A DNA stretch of 64,000 bases from the human T2T-CHM13v2.0 reference genome, Homo sapiens. Below the pieces are notes generated by a model. That model was not told the origin of the DNA and searched no databases. It saw only the letters and a program-made list of their open reading frames with translations. Each line of letters opens with the position of its first letter. Within the stretch, counting starts at the first letter, position 1. This document shows, one piece after another, positions 25,842 to 40,759 of the stretch. The position numbers and the translations under genes are program-made. The DNA lies in the NCBI RefSeq assembly GCF_009914755.1, contig NC_060933.1; one strand, given 5' to 3'.

Positions 25842-26680
25842 AATTCAGCACTATTTCTATAAGTCCAGTATTTTACACTTCCACAAAATTCTACACTACT
25901 TACGTAAGCCCCTTGCTATGGTTCCCACACCTGCATTTGAAAGTCATAGCACATTTGTGCATAATTACACTCAGGGCCATGAATGGTTTTCACATAAAGC
26001 TAAATTATATTCTTGGCTCTCTGCTGTCCCAATGACTGTTTCTGCATGATGCAAATCATGCCTCATCCATGCACACTGTCCGTTGAACCCATGTGATTCA
26101 TCATTCACTTCATGCCCCATCTAGTTCTGCCCAGTCTAACACTCAGTCAGCAGTGGGGAAAGATAAAACCCAAGTCATCAGGCTTTGGTTAGCAAATCCT
26201 ATTGAGTCAACTTCCTTGACACCTCTCAGATCCAGCTTCATCATTGCAATGGCCATAGCTCAAGCTTCCTCATCTTCCTCCTAAACAATACCTATAGTCT
26301 CCTATCTAGTCTTCTTCCCACTCTCTCCTCCCCACTCTCCTACTCTGCACCCAGGAGGGGCATTTGAAAATGCTTATCTGCCCATGTCACACCTCTGCTT
26401 TCAGTCCAGTGCCTTCCAATGGCCAATGTGGTCTGGCTCTGACAACTTCTCCAAACACATTCTCCATCTCCCTGACCACACCAGTTGCTCACTATCCCTC
26501 AAATATGGCACACTTTTTCATCAATATGCTAGTCTCTCTGTCCCTCATGCCCTTTTTCTACTACTGTACTTACTAAACTCTTATAAATCCTTTGACTATG
26601 AAGGCTTTCCTGATGATGACTTGCCTTCCAATGGCAGAGTCCATTGCACCCACCCTTTCTCATGTAAAGAAGTCATTATA

Positions 26681-26975
26681 GGCCTGGCACAGTGGCTCAT
26701 GCCTATAATTCCAGCACTTTGGGAGGCCGAGGTGGGAGAATTGCCTGAGCTCAGGAGTTCAAGACAAGGCTGGGCAACATGAAGAAAAATTACACTACAA
26801 AAAATTACAAAAATTAGCTGGGTGTGGTGGTGCACGCCTGTAGTCTCAGCTACTTGGGGGACTAAGGTGGGAGGATTGCTTGAACCTGGGAGGTTGAGGC
26901 TGCAATGAGCTGTGTTAGTACCACTGCACTGCACTCTAGCTAGGGTGACAGAGTGAGACTCTATCTCTTAAAAAA
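26681..26975 (+). mobile_element. AluJ
   Basis: Full Alu; TSD agtcattata (26671-26680, 26977-26986). Confidence 0.95.
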
Positions 26976-29582
26976 CAGTCATTATAATAACTATTTACTA
27001 AGAACCTTTGTTTTCAAGTACACGATGGCTTTATATACATCATCTAATTTAATCTTCCCAACAGTCTTGAAGTAGTATATTTATCCCTTTCACAGATGAG
27101 AAAAGTGAGGCTTAGAGAGGTTAAGTTAATGCCAGCTAACCTGAGCTTATTAGTTAGCAATGTCTGTTGAGTTTGCCTCCTAAATTTCTCTTAAAGGTTG
27201 GCCCTGCCTCACTGTAAATTGCACAGCCAATATTTAAACCCAGATTGGCTTGACTCCAGAGTGTCTGATTTTATCATGCTGTATTTAGTTAGCTAAATTC
27301 TGGGAGTTCCTTAAGGGGAGGAGCTGGATCCTGTTCATGTTAGTACCCCAAACCTGGAAATCAGTACTCTGGTATTGGTTGGAAGTTAGACTTAGTTTTT
27401 GACTTAAGATGGAGAAGGGAGGCACTGCACTTAGTAGCCCTAGCAGGTAGTGTGCATACACAGTGCTCATCATTTGGAATTACTTTGTCTGCTCAAGTTT
27501 AGATCTCAGTATCTCAATACCATCACTTACTACCTACAGGATTTGGGGCAGGTTATTCAGTCTGCCTAAACCGGAGTTTCTTGAATTGTAAAATGATCGC
27601 CACAATAGCACATGACTGTTTTGCTCATGGTTAAATGAGATAAGTATGTAGAGCCATCGGTATGAGGATCCCTTAAATGGTAGTTACCAGCATTTGTCTG
27701 TAGTGCACACTTTATCACGAAGCCTGCTGAGAGAAGATAATTCTTGACCATCCAGAAGGATGAGGTCATTTAGGGGTGATTTCCTATGCACCCCTAACAC
27801 ACACATCTGTGTGTTCACAACTTCTCTATATGGTGGTGAAGACTACATGAGAAGTCTCATCCTTGCCAGCATATTGTGACATGAGCTTCCCTGGCAAGTT
27901 CCGTGGCAGTGCATGGATCAATCTGGTCATGCAGAGGCCAGGGCACCATACCCAATAGCTTCATTTACAGGTCAAGAATGTTTCTTTTTTTTAACGACAC
28001 ACTTCTCTTTGGGGGTCTTGTTATTGCATTAAATTCCACCATGGTGACCACTTCTCTTTAAGTTTTTGACACTAGTTACAATTCACATAGCTGACAGAGC
28101 TGAAAATCATTAATTCTTTCTTTTAATCAGAATTCTCTAGGTCTTTCCCAACCAGATTTTCCTGGATGTCTGCCCAAGACTCACAGTATTATGCATATTG
28201 TCTCCATCAGGAGAAAAAATAAAAAATAAAATAAAAACACTATACATTGCATTGGATGCATGTTAACTCCCTTATCATTCAAGCTGGGAAACAACCCCTT
28301 GAGGTGGGACCAGCATTGACTCCACTTTGTTGATGAGAAACCTGATGTCAAGTTACTCCCTTAAGGGCAATAGCTGGTGAATAGCAGTGTTGTCAGATTC
28401 AAACTTAATCAGGCTCAGATCACCACACCAGCACATTGAGTGCTGTAATTTTCTGCAACTGTTGAGCTAAATTGTTCCTCGGGTTGGGTCAAGACAATGG
28501 AAAGCAACAGCAACCTGATAGCTCTCTGAAAACTTGGGACCCAGGCCCAGCAAACTGATAGCTCTCTGAAGGCCCATGTATACCCAGGAAGTGGTATACA
28601 TGAGAGGCATTTAGAAGCTCCACCTGTATACTTAGAGAAACATAAACCCAATAATAGTAAACTTCCTGAAAGAGTGCCTTAGAGCTTAGATTGTGAGAGG
28701 TTGAGAAGCTTCCCAGGCACCAAGGTTGGAAGAATCCCTTTCTGCTTTGTTTTCTTTTGTGTTACCCATTTTCCCCATATGGATTGAAGTCCTGGGGAAA
28801 AAAATGCGCTCAATATGTAGGTTATCAGGAAGGGGATTGTCAATCTCATCAACATTTGCCAAATTGAGAAGTAGGCATGGTTTTTTTCTTTTTTACTCAC
28901 CACTATACAAATGAGGATAGGCATATTTTGAATGGCTTATGTTTTATTGATATTCAGTATCTTTTCCTCTTCTGAAACCCCACAGTGCTACACTCTCTTC
29001 TCTTAACAGGTGTCATCTTTGCATTATGATATACCTGACCTACATCCCATCTGCTCAAGCTAGGTAGCTTATTTGAGCTAATATGAGGGTGTTAAGAATT
29101 TATAACATCTCTTCATACTCATTACCCTCCCAGGGAAGGGTACACTGGAAGCAGTGCAATTACCATTTAAAAGGATATTTCAATGATACCTCAATAAAGC
29201 TGTTTTAAAAATAGATAAATAAAGGGAGATTCCAGTGTTGGTATGTCACCCCCTAAGCTACCATCACCTCCTTCATGGAAAATGACAATGGCACCCCTCT
29301 CTTTGGGGCCTTCTCCAATCCATCCTTCACCCTGTAGTGAGAATGATTTTCTTAAAGAGTAAGTTGACTATTTAGTCATATAAATAGTCATGGATGCTTC
29401 AAGGCAGCATCAAGCTTCTTGCCCAAAGCTTCCAATGCCTTGCCAAGCTCCCAGCCTCACCTTTTAACACTTCCTATTTTGATCCCTACTCTTAAGGAAA
29501 GTTTTCAGTCCTTGAAAGAGGTGTACTGTCTCTTGTCTCTGGGCTTTTGTTCATATCTCTTCTTCCTGGAGCAAATTCCATC

Positions 29583-29936
<354 letters not shown>

Positions 29937-30214
29937 TAGGTATCACTTTTTCAAGGAAGCATTTCAGGAGCCCTCCAGTGTGTCTCATGCTCTAACAGTG
30001 AGTGCAAAGAACCTCCATTCTTCCTCTAGCACAGCTTGAAATGACCAGACTCCTTCTCTATAATTTCCACTGGGCAATAAGTTCCCTGAGGGAAGGAAGC
30101 TTCTCTGTCTTTAGTTGCATATGCTCTGTGACTGGCACAGGGTAGATACTCAATAAGTGAATAAACAGAAGTCTCTCAAGCACATTCCCTTGGTAAGAAA
30201 TACCACCCAAGCAG

Positions 30215-30840
30215 AAAGAGAGACAATAGGAATTTTTAATGCATGGACAGGCCTGCAGGGACTCTGGGCAGACCCACAGGTAGCAGGAAGAGGCAGGGTC
30301 CCACAAACTCAATAATGTCCAGCAAAAAAGAGAGAGAAGTCCTTAAAGACCCATGCTTCCTCACTGCAACCATCCTCAGAGCTTCCTTCCTGGTGCTGAA
30401 GAGGTCAAAACTGTCTCCTCTAGGGGTCAGGTCAAAACTGTCCCTCCATAGGTCTCCTCCAGGGGTCCATGGCAGGAAGAAAGCAGAGTGTGGCAGGAAG
30501 AAGGAAGAAGAGCAAAGGCCGCTTGGTCTCCACCTGAAAACTTCTGCCTCGGGATTGACAGCCATCCATAAGAAAAGGTTTAAAAAGGAGAGACTTTTGA
30601 TAGAGTCAAATAATATCTTTGAAAAAATAAAAGATAGAGAAAAATGAATAATTCCATTGGTTACAAAGGTCTCTGTCCACTATCCACAGGAGAAACCGTT
30701 TGCTTTGGCCTTGCTGGCAAGCTTCATCTGCTAGGCCCATCCTCAGCTGTCCCCCAGCCCACCCAGGCCCCAGGATCCAGGAGAATACTGCTCCCCCTCC
30801 CATGGAGAGTCTCTGTGCTCACGGAGGGCAATACCCTCCC
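30215..30840 (-). other. ASTN2: ASTN2 3' UTR (proximal form) with ATTAAA poly(A) signal at 30235-30240
   Basis: Follows the ASTN2 stop; tttaat on + is ATTAAA on -, followed by U/GU-rich sequence on the - strand. Confidence 0.7.
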
Positions 30841-31078
30841 TCACCGGCCCTTGGACTCCCCGTACGTGTTTCGGGCCATTGACACCATCTTCTCCTCACA
30901 CGTGATTTTGGTGTCCTTGAGGATGCTATACCACACCATGCCTGCAGGCCGGACCTCCTCGCTGCGGCAGAAAAGATAGGGCACTGTTTCCACGCGGCTC
31001 TGGATGTAGGCACTCCGCAGGAGGCTGGAGCAGTGGCTACTCACCCTCTCCAGTCGCCGTAGAATCAGGTGGGCCTTC
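30841..31078 (-). CDS. ASTN2: Astrotactin-2, last coding exon
   Basis: Acceptor cctacctttcAG (31079-31080), phase 2. Encodes (R)KAHLILRRLERVSSHCSSLLRSAYIQSRVETVPYLFCRSEEVRPAGMVWYSILKDTKITCEEKMVSMARNTYGESKGR*, the astrotactin-2 C-terminus. Confidence 0.97.
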
Positions 31079-32097
31079 CTGAAAGGTAGGATGAGACAGC
31101 CATGATTAAAGAAGTCCAGATCAAGAGTTAGACCTTTGAGGTAGTAAATGTCAACAAACAAATGGTAACTTCTCCCAACCATTTCCTATCTACTCCAGAT
31201 TGGAGGGTGGTACTTCAAACACTGATTCAAAAATTGCCCTAGAACCTATCTTCTTCAATTGTGCAATGTGTTAAAAAATGAAAAAGAGGTAGAGCCTTTA
31301 ACCTAGTATTTTCACTTCTAGGATATGGGAGCCCTAGGAGTTCAAAGGTGACCAGCCTTGGACTCTGATCAAATAGGTATTATTATAATGATTAAAAAGC
31401 AACAAGAACAACCAAAAGTTATTGACACCATATGCTAGACACTGGGTATGCATTTTACATATATTTTACATTTTTTATTTAGCCTTTATAACTATCCTGA
31501 ATGTATTGTCTACCCCCTTTTAATGGGTGAGGAGCTCAAGCAAGGCTCAGAATAATGACATTACTTGACTAAGGCAAACATCGAGTCAGCCACTGGAGTT
31601 GGGAAGAATCTAAATCTAGGCCTGACCACCCACAGTCCCTTTCTAACTGTCTGTGTTCTCACTTCATGAACTATTTCACACTCTTTTCTCTCAGTCTGGA
31701 AACTTTGAAATCTTGCCCTTTGTGATTCCCTTTCATCAAATATATATATATATGTCCCCAAATCAGAACTTTTCTGTGTCTCATTTTTTCCCACCTTTAA
31801 AAAAGTGATGATGGTCTTATCCTCAAGTTAAGTAAGAGAAATGCCTAATGCCTGGTATAGAGCTCAGAGTAAGCTTCCAATAAATGATAGCTACTCTTAT
31901 AAGGGATTGCTGGAATGCGCCCTCAGGATCAAGGTTATGCTGAAGACCAGCCTTACCAAGAATTATTCCGTACTATGGAGGACATCATTAAGAACTTATC
32001 TAGAGCCCTATATCCAGCACGAGAGAGGGGAGCTGGGAGAGATCTGATGGCTGCACAGATAAATAAAGCCAGGAAGGATTGTTGCAATCACCTAGTC

Positions 32098-32349
32098 CAG
32101 GGTTTTTCAAAGGTGGCATTATCGACATTCTGGGCTGTATATTTTTTTGTTGTGGGAACAATCCTATAGGACATTTAGCAGCATCCCAGGGCCCCACCTA
32201 CCGCCAGTAGCACCCTTGCCCCGGTCGTGAAGTGTGAAAATTCTTTAGACATTGAAGAATTTTCAATAGCACTCTTGCCCCAGTGAAACTGTCTTTAGAC
32301 ATTGCCAAATATCTTCTGGGGGCAAAATCACCCAAGTTGAGAACCACTG
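32098..32349 (-). mobile_element. MER20 hAT-Charlie element with intact 8-bp TSD
   Basis: Termini cagggtttttcaa / ttgagaaccactg; TSD acctagtc at 32090-32097 and 32350-32357; core ggacatttagcagcatccc...gccagtagcaccc...agacattgccaaat. Confidence 0.9.
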
Positions 32350-33231
32350 ACCTAGTCTGACCCACTTTCATTAAAAATGTGGAAACTGAGGCTTAGAGAA
32401 GGAATAGAATATCTTTATCCCAGGTCACATTACAAGTCAGCTTCAGTGTCAAGGTGTCTGTCTCCATGTGGAAACCACTTTTCTCTGCATTCCAGCATCT
32501 TCAAGATGCCAGGCACCCTGGGAGGCTACATGAGAGGTTCTCTCTCCTGCTGTCCTCTCCATGTCCCTCTGATACCACAGGAGGGAAGGAGTTTTACAAC
32601 AACAGACCCCACAAATGGGAGACTGTGTTAGGCACCTGCATAGCAGCTGAAAAAGGACCGAGCTTATGTGTATACATTTTGTGGGCACAATTTATGAGGT
32701 GCCTTTCAAAAAGTCCTCTTTGTATAGTTCACCACTTGGGTGGAATATTTCCTGAGGTGCCAAGAATTCATCACTTCATAACCACACTCTATCCACAGTC
32801 CTCTTTCCCCTCGGGCAAGTGCCCCCGCCAAGAGGAGCCTGAGGAGTTTCTTTTCCATTCCTTCTCATTTGAGTTCTGGCTTCATTCTTTAATAATTCTG
32901 TGTCCTGGGGACATTTACTTAACATCTCTAAATCTGTTTCTTCATTTGAAAAATGAGGCTGTTGTGAAGTTGAAGGAGATAAAGTCATTTCTTGCTGATT
33001 TGTTGAGCATTTATTATGTGGCAGAACTTCTGGTAGAGAAGATGGACAAATGGAGATGACAATACGAATGACAAAAGCAATTATAAAAGAAGTCACGAGA
33101 GCTGTGTGAAGACAGAGGAAGGTACTTAAGTAGGATCAAGGATGTCCAAGTAGGCTTCCTATTATAGTAGTAGGGAAACATGTGTTGAGCCTCCTAAATG
33201 AATAGGAGTTAGATAAAGAAGAGGAAAAGGT

Positions 33232-33525
33232 GGCCGGGCACAGCGGCTCATGCCTGTAATCCCAGCACTTTAGGAGGCCAAGGCGGGTGGATCACAAAGT
33301 CAGAAGTTCGACAGCAGCCTGGCCAACATACTGAAACCCTGTCTTTACTAAAAATACAAAATTTAGCTGGGCGTGGTGGTGGGTACCTGTAATCCCAGCT
33401 ACTCAGGAGGCTGAGGCAGGAGAATCATTTGAAACCGTAAGGCGGAGGTTACAGTGAACCAAGATCGCGCCACTGCACTCCAGCCTGGGCAACAAGAGCA
33501 AAACTCCACCTCAAAAAAAAAAAAA
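33232..33525 (+). mobile_element. AluS
   Basis: Full Alu dimer with A tail. Confidence 0.95.
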
Positions 33526-33890
33526 GTAAAGGTAAAAGCATAGAGACAAGAGATGCATAGATGTTCTGAGAATTTATGGCTACAATACAGTGTACTAGTG
33601 GGGACACAGTGAAAACTGGAAGGAGCCATAGCCAGCCTGTTGAAGCCTAGGAACTAGGGCAGTGGTTGTATGCAGTAATGATACAACCACAGGCTCCAGA
33701 ACACCGACTACTCAGGTTCAAATCCCAGCTCAGCCACTCACTCTGTGTGATACTGAGTGAAGTGCTTTACCACTTGTCCCTCAGTTTTCTTACCTTACCC
33801 ACAAAATGAAATAATAACTGTATCTACCATAAAGTGTTATTTTTTAAATAAAAAATTAACAGACACATAATAAACTGTCAATAAATGTTA

Positions 33891-34490
<600 letters not shown>

Positions 34491-34587
34491 TCACCTCATA
34501 AAGTTATAGTGAGGGTTAAGTCAGTACACGTCAAACTCTTAGAAAATTACTTGGCACAAAGCAAGCACCTGATGCTTGCTAGAAAGT

Positions 34588-34651
34588 ATCATCACCATTA
34601 TCATTACTCCCACCACCATCACTCTCATTGTCATCATCATTATTACATCAT
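34588..34651. repeat. (CAT)n-like low-complexity tract
   Basis: atcatcaccattatcattactcccaccaccatcactctcattgtcatcatcattattacatca. Confidence 0.75.
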
Positions 34652-37557
34652 TAGGTGTATTTTGTGTACTGGGCAATGGGACAGATATGAACTAGTTTAA
34701 GCCTTGGGTATCTTTATAACTCAGTGACAAGAGACAGGCAGACAGAAATATTAACATTCTCTAATTCGGGGGCAGAGCACTGGGTTGAGGAACACTACGC
34801 ATGCTGTTCTGGGAATATAAAAGATGGACACCAGTCATCAGTTTGGAGACTCAGAGTAGTCTCTCAAGAGGACGCCACACCTGAGCTAGTTCTTCAATAA
34901 TGAAACAGCATTTTCAGGTAGATGAGAAGGCAGAGGAAATAGCCCATCCCAAGTCAGACCGGAGAGAACATAAACTACTAGTTGTTTGAAATAACCAGTG
35001 CAAAGAATAGGGAGACCAGTGAGCTTGGCAGGGATCAGACCAGGCAGACTCTTCCAAGCCATGATGTAGTATTTGGATTTTATTCTGGGCAATGGAGAGA
35101 CATTTTCTGATTAGATAGTCACAGAAGTAAGCGATAAATATAAATACAAAATGAAGTTGGAAAAGACAATTCTTCCAACATGCCCAAATGCCCTTCTTCC
35201 AAAGGAACAGACAAAGCCTCCTTTTGCATGGATTAGGAAAACATATTTGGAGTGAGAAAGTGATTTTGCCTTTAAGGAACACCTTGAGTAGTAACAAAGG
35301 CAAAGCTAGAACCAGGGTTCCTGATTCCAGGGTGAAGATGAAGTGTTGGCTCTAGAATCTCAGATTTAAATCCCAGCTCTATAACTTACAGCTATGTGGT
35401 TCATGAGCAAATTATTCAATGCCACTAACTCTTAGTTGTAGCATCCATAAAATGTGAATAATGGTTTTGCTGGGAGGATGAGATAATAAGGAAAATTTGC
35501 TTAGCTCTAAGTAAGTGTCAGCAATGATTCAAAGCAGAATATTATCGTGAAAAGCACATAGGCTTTAGAGTCCATAAGGGCAAGTCACTTCACCTCCCTA
35601 AGCCTCAGTTTTCTCCTGTGTAAATGAAAATAGAAATATTTATTTTGTAGGGCTGTTGTTAGGTTGAAATGAAATGATGGCTACAAGCAACCAACACAAG
35701 ACTTTGTACGTAACAGGCACTGAACCAATGTTTGCATTTAGAAAACAAAGAAGAATTCAGAAAGTAAAGCCATGGAGAGAAGGGTTGGAGGTGCTCGAAG
35801 GCTGGGGAGGAGAAGGAAGAGTCGGAGTGAGAGAGACCAAAGGCAAAAATGCTGGCTAATAAATTGTAGGCAATGGAGATCCATAAATCAAAAGGTCAGG
35901 CATGCTTCAAGCTTTCCCTGGAGGGGAAATCATAGGTCAGTGACCACTTTTGTCAAATACCGGAAATGAAATCTTCCTCATTGGAGATAGGACTCAGACC
36001 CACTGGGATAGGAAGCAAGAGGTGAGGGAGGGCCACCACATACTAATTTATTGTTTTATCAGCAGGCAAGACTGAGACAGGAATCGCTTGTGAAAGAGTC
36101 AGGGGCTGGGCCCAGATGCCACTTTTCCGGGACTGTAGAACCATTCTATTCCCAGCACCATTTCCCAATCAGCTGTTGACTCACTTATCAGACAGGACAG
36201 AGACCCAATTTCTAAGGGGACCCTGAAATGGAGAAAAATAAGACAGGCAGGAAGAAAACATTCCCATTCGCCTCCCTCCCTCCTCCCTGCCTTACGGAGT
36301 TGAGCTTAAGTGTCTCTGTGTTAGCTGTCCCGAAGCTTAATGAGAATTGAGGACATGATGTGGTTGCAAAAAAATGGGAACATGACCTTCAGAAGTGGAG
36401 AGGGCAGAGGTTAAGGGAAGTAATGGCTTCATTCATGGTGTCCTCGTCGGGCTCCATCTGGAGAACCCCCGACACTTCTGGTAAGAGGGACACATGTAAA
36501 TTGCAGCCAGATCATGATACTGAGGGGTGTTTCAAAAGCAAGCCTGCTGAGCTGAAAGCAGGAATGGAGAGTGCCCATGGAAGAGAAGATTTAGGCCATT
36601 AGTTACATTGTTGTAGCAACAAAAGACAAGTGGGCAACAATCTGCGGGTCAGAGATGATAATGACTACAATTTATTGAGCACCCACTATGTGCCAGAAAC
36701 TGTACCTATTGCAACATTATTTTACATCTAATCCCTAACCCAATTTTAGAGTCTACAGGTGATAAAAATGAGCTTCAAGCCAGTCATTGATTTGACCAGG
36801 GTGACAGGAGGATAGGGCGGGGTTTCAATCCTCTGCTGTAAGGCATCAAAACATTATGACACAGTCACCCTAAAATTATCAGAAGACACATTTGGCTTAA
36901 AATAATAAAAAATGTAAAGCTAAAGTCCTCTAAATTTAGAAAGGGTTATTCTATGTGGCAGCGGGTTCCTCATCACTGGAGGTGATTAAATCAAGTAATG
37001 TTTTAGAAAGGGGTGTACTACAGTGGGAGTCGTAGCAGGCGTTTGTCATTGTTTATTTGTTTTTAATCTAAAAGGCATGAGAGCCTTGATTCACAGAGAA
37101 ATATCATCTGATGACCACTCACTTCACAACAAAATTTGCTGTGACACAATTGTCAAGCACTGAATTCCTGAGCTGAGAGGACCACTTTTGCTGAGGTTCT
37201 ATTCATGACTCAAAGTCACACTGAAATTTCATCTTCAGGAAGTCTTCCAGATCTTCCCAGCTATCATAAGTCATGTTTTCCCATTTGCTGCTGAAGCATT
37301 TTATTTATCTGTGGAGATCCATATCACATTTTTTCTTAGTGTGCACATATCTTGGGATGTAATGTGGTTTTACAGGACACCAGTTGAATATCAGAAGACA
37401 ATATTCTAAACTCGGACTCCAACACTTAGTGTTTAGACCTTGCAACTATGGACAGTTTACATAACTCCACAATTCTCTGTTGCCTAACCTTCAAAATCTA
37501 TTGTTCAGGATATTAAATGAAATATAAATAACTGGGCCAATAACAGGTGCTCAACTA

Positions 37558-38023
<466 letters not shown>

Positions 38024-38079
38024 TCAAAACACAGCAACTCTTCAGCAGAGGTCAATAAAGGGAATGAAATGGCATAAAA

Positions 38080-38600
38080 GCATCATGTGGACCTAAAGAA
38101 ATAATCAGGCAAGTGGGCAAAAGGTTTATGTGGATTTGTTTATAATAACAAAGAAACTGTAAGAAATCTAGTTGGTTTTTAATACACAACCAGATTAATG
38201 AGTGATACATTCACATATTTGCATGACTAAAGGACCCTTCAAAAAAATAAAACATTTACATACGTATCTGTGGGTAAAAACTTGTAAAGCATATTGTTAA
38301 ACAGAAACAGGTAGATAACAGAACATAACTTATGTATTTGTTAAACATAGTAGAGATGAAAGAGCTGTGGTTGTAGACATGAACATATTCTTAAGCCTGT
38401 ATGTGTTTCCCCATCTCCATGCATATCCATATCTGTATACAGAAATACATGTGTACACTGTTAACAATGTAATCTCTGGGGTAGGGTTGGGATTATGTGG
38501 CCCAGAGGTGCACAATTTTCATTATTTTATATATTTCTGTATCATTTGGATTTTATATAATGAACAATAATTATTTCAGAACAAAATAAAATAAAGGTAT
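38080..38600 (+). mobile_element. Highly diverged L1M(E)-type 3' fragment
   Basis: ...tttataataacaaagaaactg...ctgttaacaatgtaatctctggggtagggttgggattatg...tttattttatatatttctgtatcatttggatttt... resembles an old L1 3' UTR. Confidence 0.45.
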
Positions 38601-40759
38601 TTTCATTTTAAACTATGAATATATACACATATATTTTTAAGCTGGTGTGATGAACTTGTGCAATGAAGCCATGGTTTTATGACTTTCCAGTAGTTCATCA
38701 GGGTTACTTTCAAAATAAACCCATATCAAATTTAGCCTCAGCTTGCTCCTATCCAACAAAGTCAGAAGCTCAGATACTGCCACTGGTTATATACCTTTAA
38801 CACCAGGTTTGAAATGTGATTTGTAAGGTGCCCACTGAAAATGTTCGCATTTGCTTTTTCTTTTCATCCACTCAGAAGAAATCATAAGACTTTTCAAAAA
38901 TGTGTTCTTTGATAACAGAAATGACTGAGTCTCAACTGATCCAGAGCTATTTCAGTTGGAACTGATAGGAACTTCAAGACAATAACTAACCTTGCTATAT
39001 ACTGTCGGTGGGGAAAACAGATCCATGGGACACTAGTTCAAAGTCCAAAGTCAGTGTGTTTTGTTAGTATTAGTTAGTTGGTATTAGTATGAGTATTTAT
39101 TTGTTAATTGAAGGTATAATTGAAGATACCTTCAATTATAAGATATACCCATGCTTTAATAACAGCCATTCAAGAAAAGAGGAATACAATGTTTAATGTA
39201 CACATCCACTGTGCACAATCCGTCCTGATTTTAGAAATGCCAAAATATACAGAAAAAGGTTAAAAGTACCTCTGAGATTATAGGAATATGACCCTAGAAG
39301 CCTAAGTCTGCTCTTGTTCCCAATATCTTAAAAATTCTGAGAGTTAATTCAATATATCCAAAGAAGCAGTTAACACAATCTTGGAGGAATGTACAGTGAC
39401 ATCCCAGGTTTGTTTGTTTTCACTAAGAACACAGCAGTGGATGTGTAACTCTTTTCAAATCCCATGGCACGTTGAGAAAGATCCTGTGATGATTTCTGCG
39501 ATCTATTCGTAATGTCTGCCATGGAGGCAAGAGGAGCTGACATCATAAATACACCATTCCTGGTCCAGATAGATCAATTTCACTGAAGCAAAATGTCCTC
39601 AAGAGCTTGCTGTGTCCTCTCTACCAATATGCTCAAACATAATTGAAAGTGTAGAGAAGCCCAAGAGTGGTCAAGGATGTTCTGACCCGAGAAAATTCTG
39701 GTCCCTGGCCACCAGTGAGCTCAGTTTTTCAAGTCTCCTAATAGGAACCTTATGTCTGGGGACAGCTGGGTGTCAGTGCGTCTTCTTTGAGCAGCTGTTT
39801 GCAGTAACCTGTGGTCGTAAGAACCAGGCTCTGGGGGACACTGGCCTGATAGATTTATTAGGCAGAGGTTAAGAGATGTCCTTTCGTCACTAAATCTTAT
39901 GGGGATATATGACCACAGATTTAGGAAAGATTTGAAAACATTTTGGGGTTTAGTGATTACACAGTCCAAGAGAATCCTAATAGAGCTCATCTTATATCAG
40001 TCCTCAAAGTACTCCTGGAAAAAACTCTTATCCCTCTAGTCAACCTGGGTCCCTCAGAAACAAGACGTGCAGGGCTGGAAGTCAAATGATACTAACAATG
40101 TGTCTGTTCTCTGGTCTCTATGACCTTCAGGGTTTTCTGGTTCCTTGGCTTCCCAGCTGGAAGAGACTTTGGAGTTCAGCCCTTTCATGTTACAAACAAG
40201 GTCCAGAATGGGGATGGCTTGTGTCCAAGGTCACACAACAAGTAGGTGACAAGGCTAGGACAGAAGCCCTGGGCTCCTGGCTTTGGAGAAGCATCTTACC
40301 CTCTCTTATTTACACTGTGATGTTCTGCATACTTGCTAATCCTTGAAAGGCAGAGCAAATGTATCCAAACTGCTCCTCTGTTTAAAACATTTATATGGCT
40401 TCTGGGAGAAAGAATAAACTTGTGAACAGAACTCACAAGAACCATCATGATCTGTCCTTTGCTAAACAACCCAGCCTTGTTGTTTTTGTTTGTTTGCTTT
40501 TCCTTTTCACTTTGAACTCTCCTCTTTCACTTCGAACTCTCTTCTCCAATAAGATTTATATTTTTAACTGAAGTATATTATCTTACCCAACTTCTCTCAT
40601 CTTTGCATTGGTAATTCCTTCTGATGAGAAGACTCTCTCCCTTCCACCTGGAGGACCCTTCTTCATTCTGTTTCTAAACTTAGAAACATTCTTTCTTTTA
40701 CAAGGATTCTTCCTTGAGCTCCAGATCTGGATTAGCTGCTCCAGCTTTCTGCATCTGGA

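Noticed and set aside
25744-26049. Acidic ORF (DEDEDSDDEEEKEEEE)
   Set aside because: Produced by a GAT/GAG simple repeat at the end of a MIR-like element.
28100-28130. Possible distal ASTN2 poly(A) signal (ATTAAA on - at 28122-28127)
   Set aside because: Plausible, but the hexamer alone is too common to call without 3'-end data.
28508-28570. Repeat-spacer-repeat resembling CRISPR
   Set aside because: Only two copies, primate DNA, no cas genes; no CRISPR arrays, tRNA or rRNA genes were seen anywhere in the window.
32454-33059. 201-aa + strand ORF antisense to the ASTN2 intron
   Set aside because: No recognisable homology; runs into MIR/L2-like sequence; compatible with chance.
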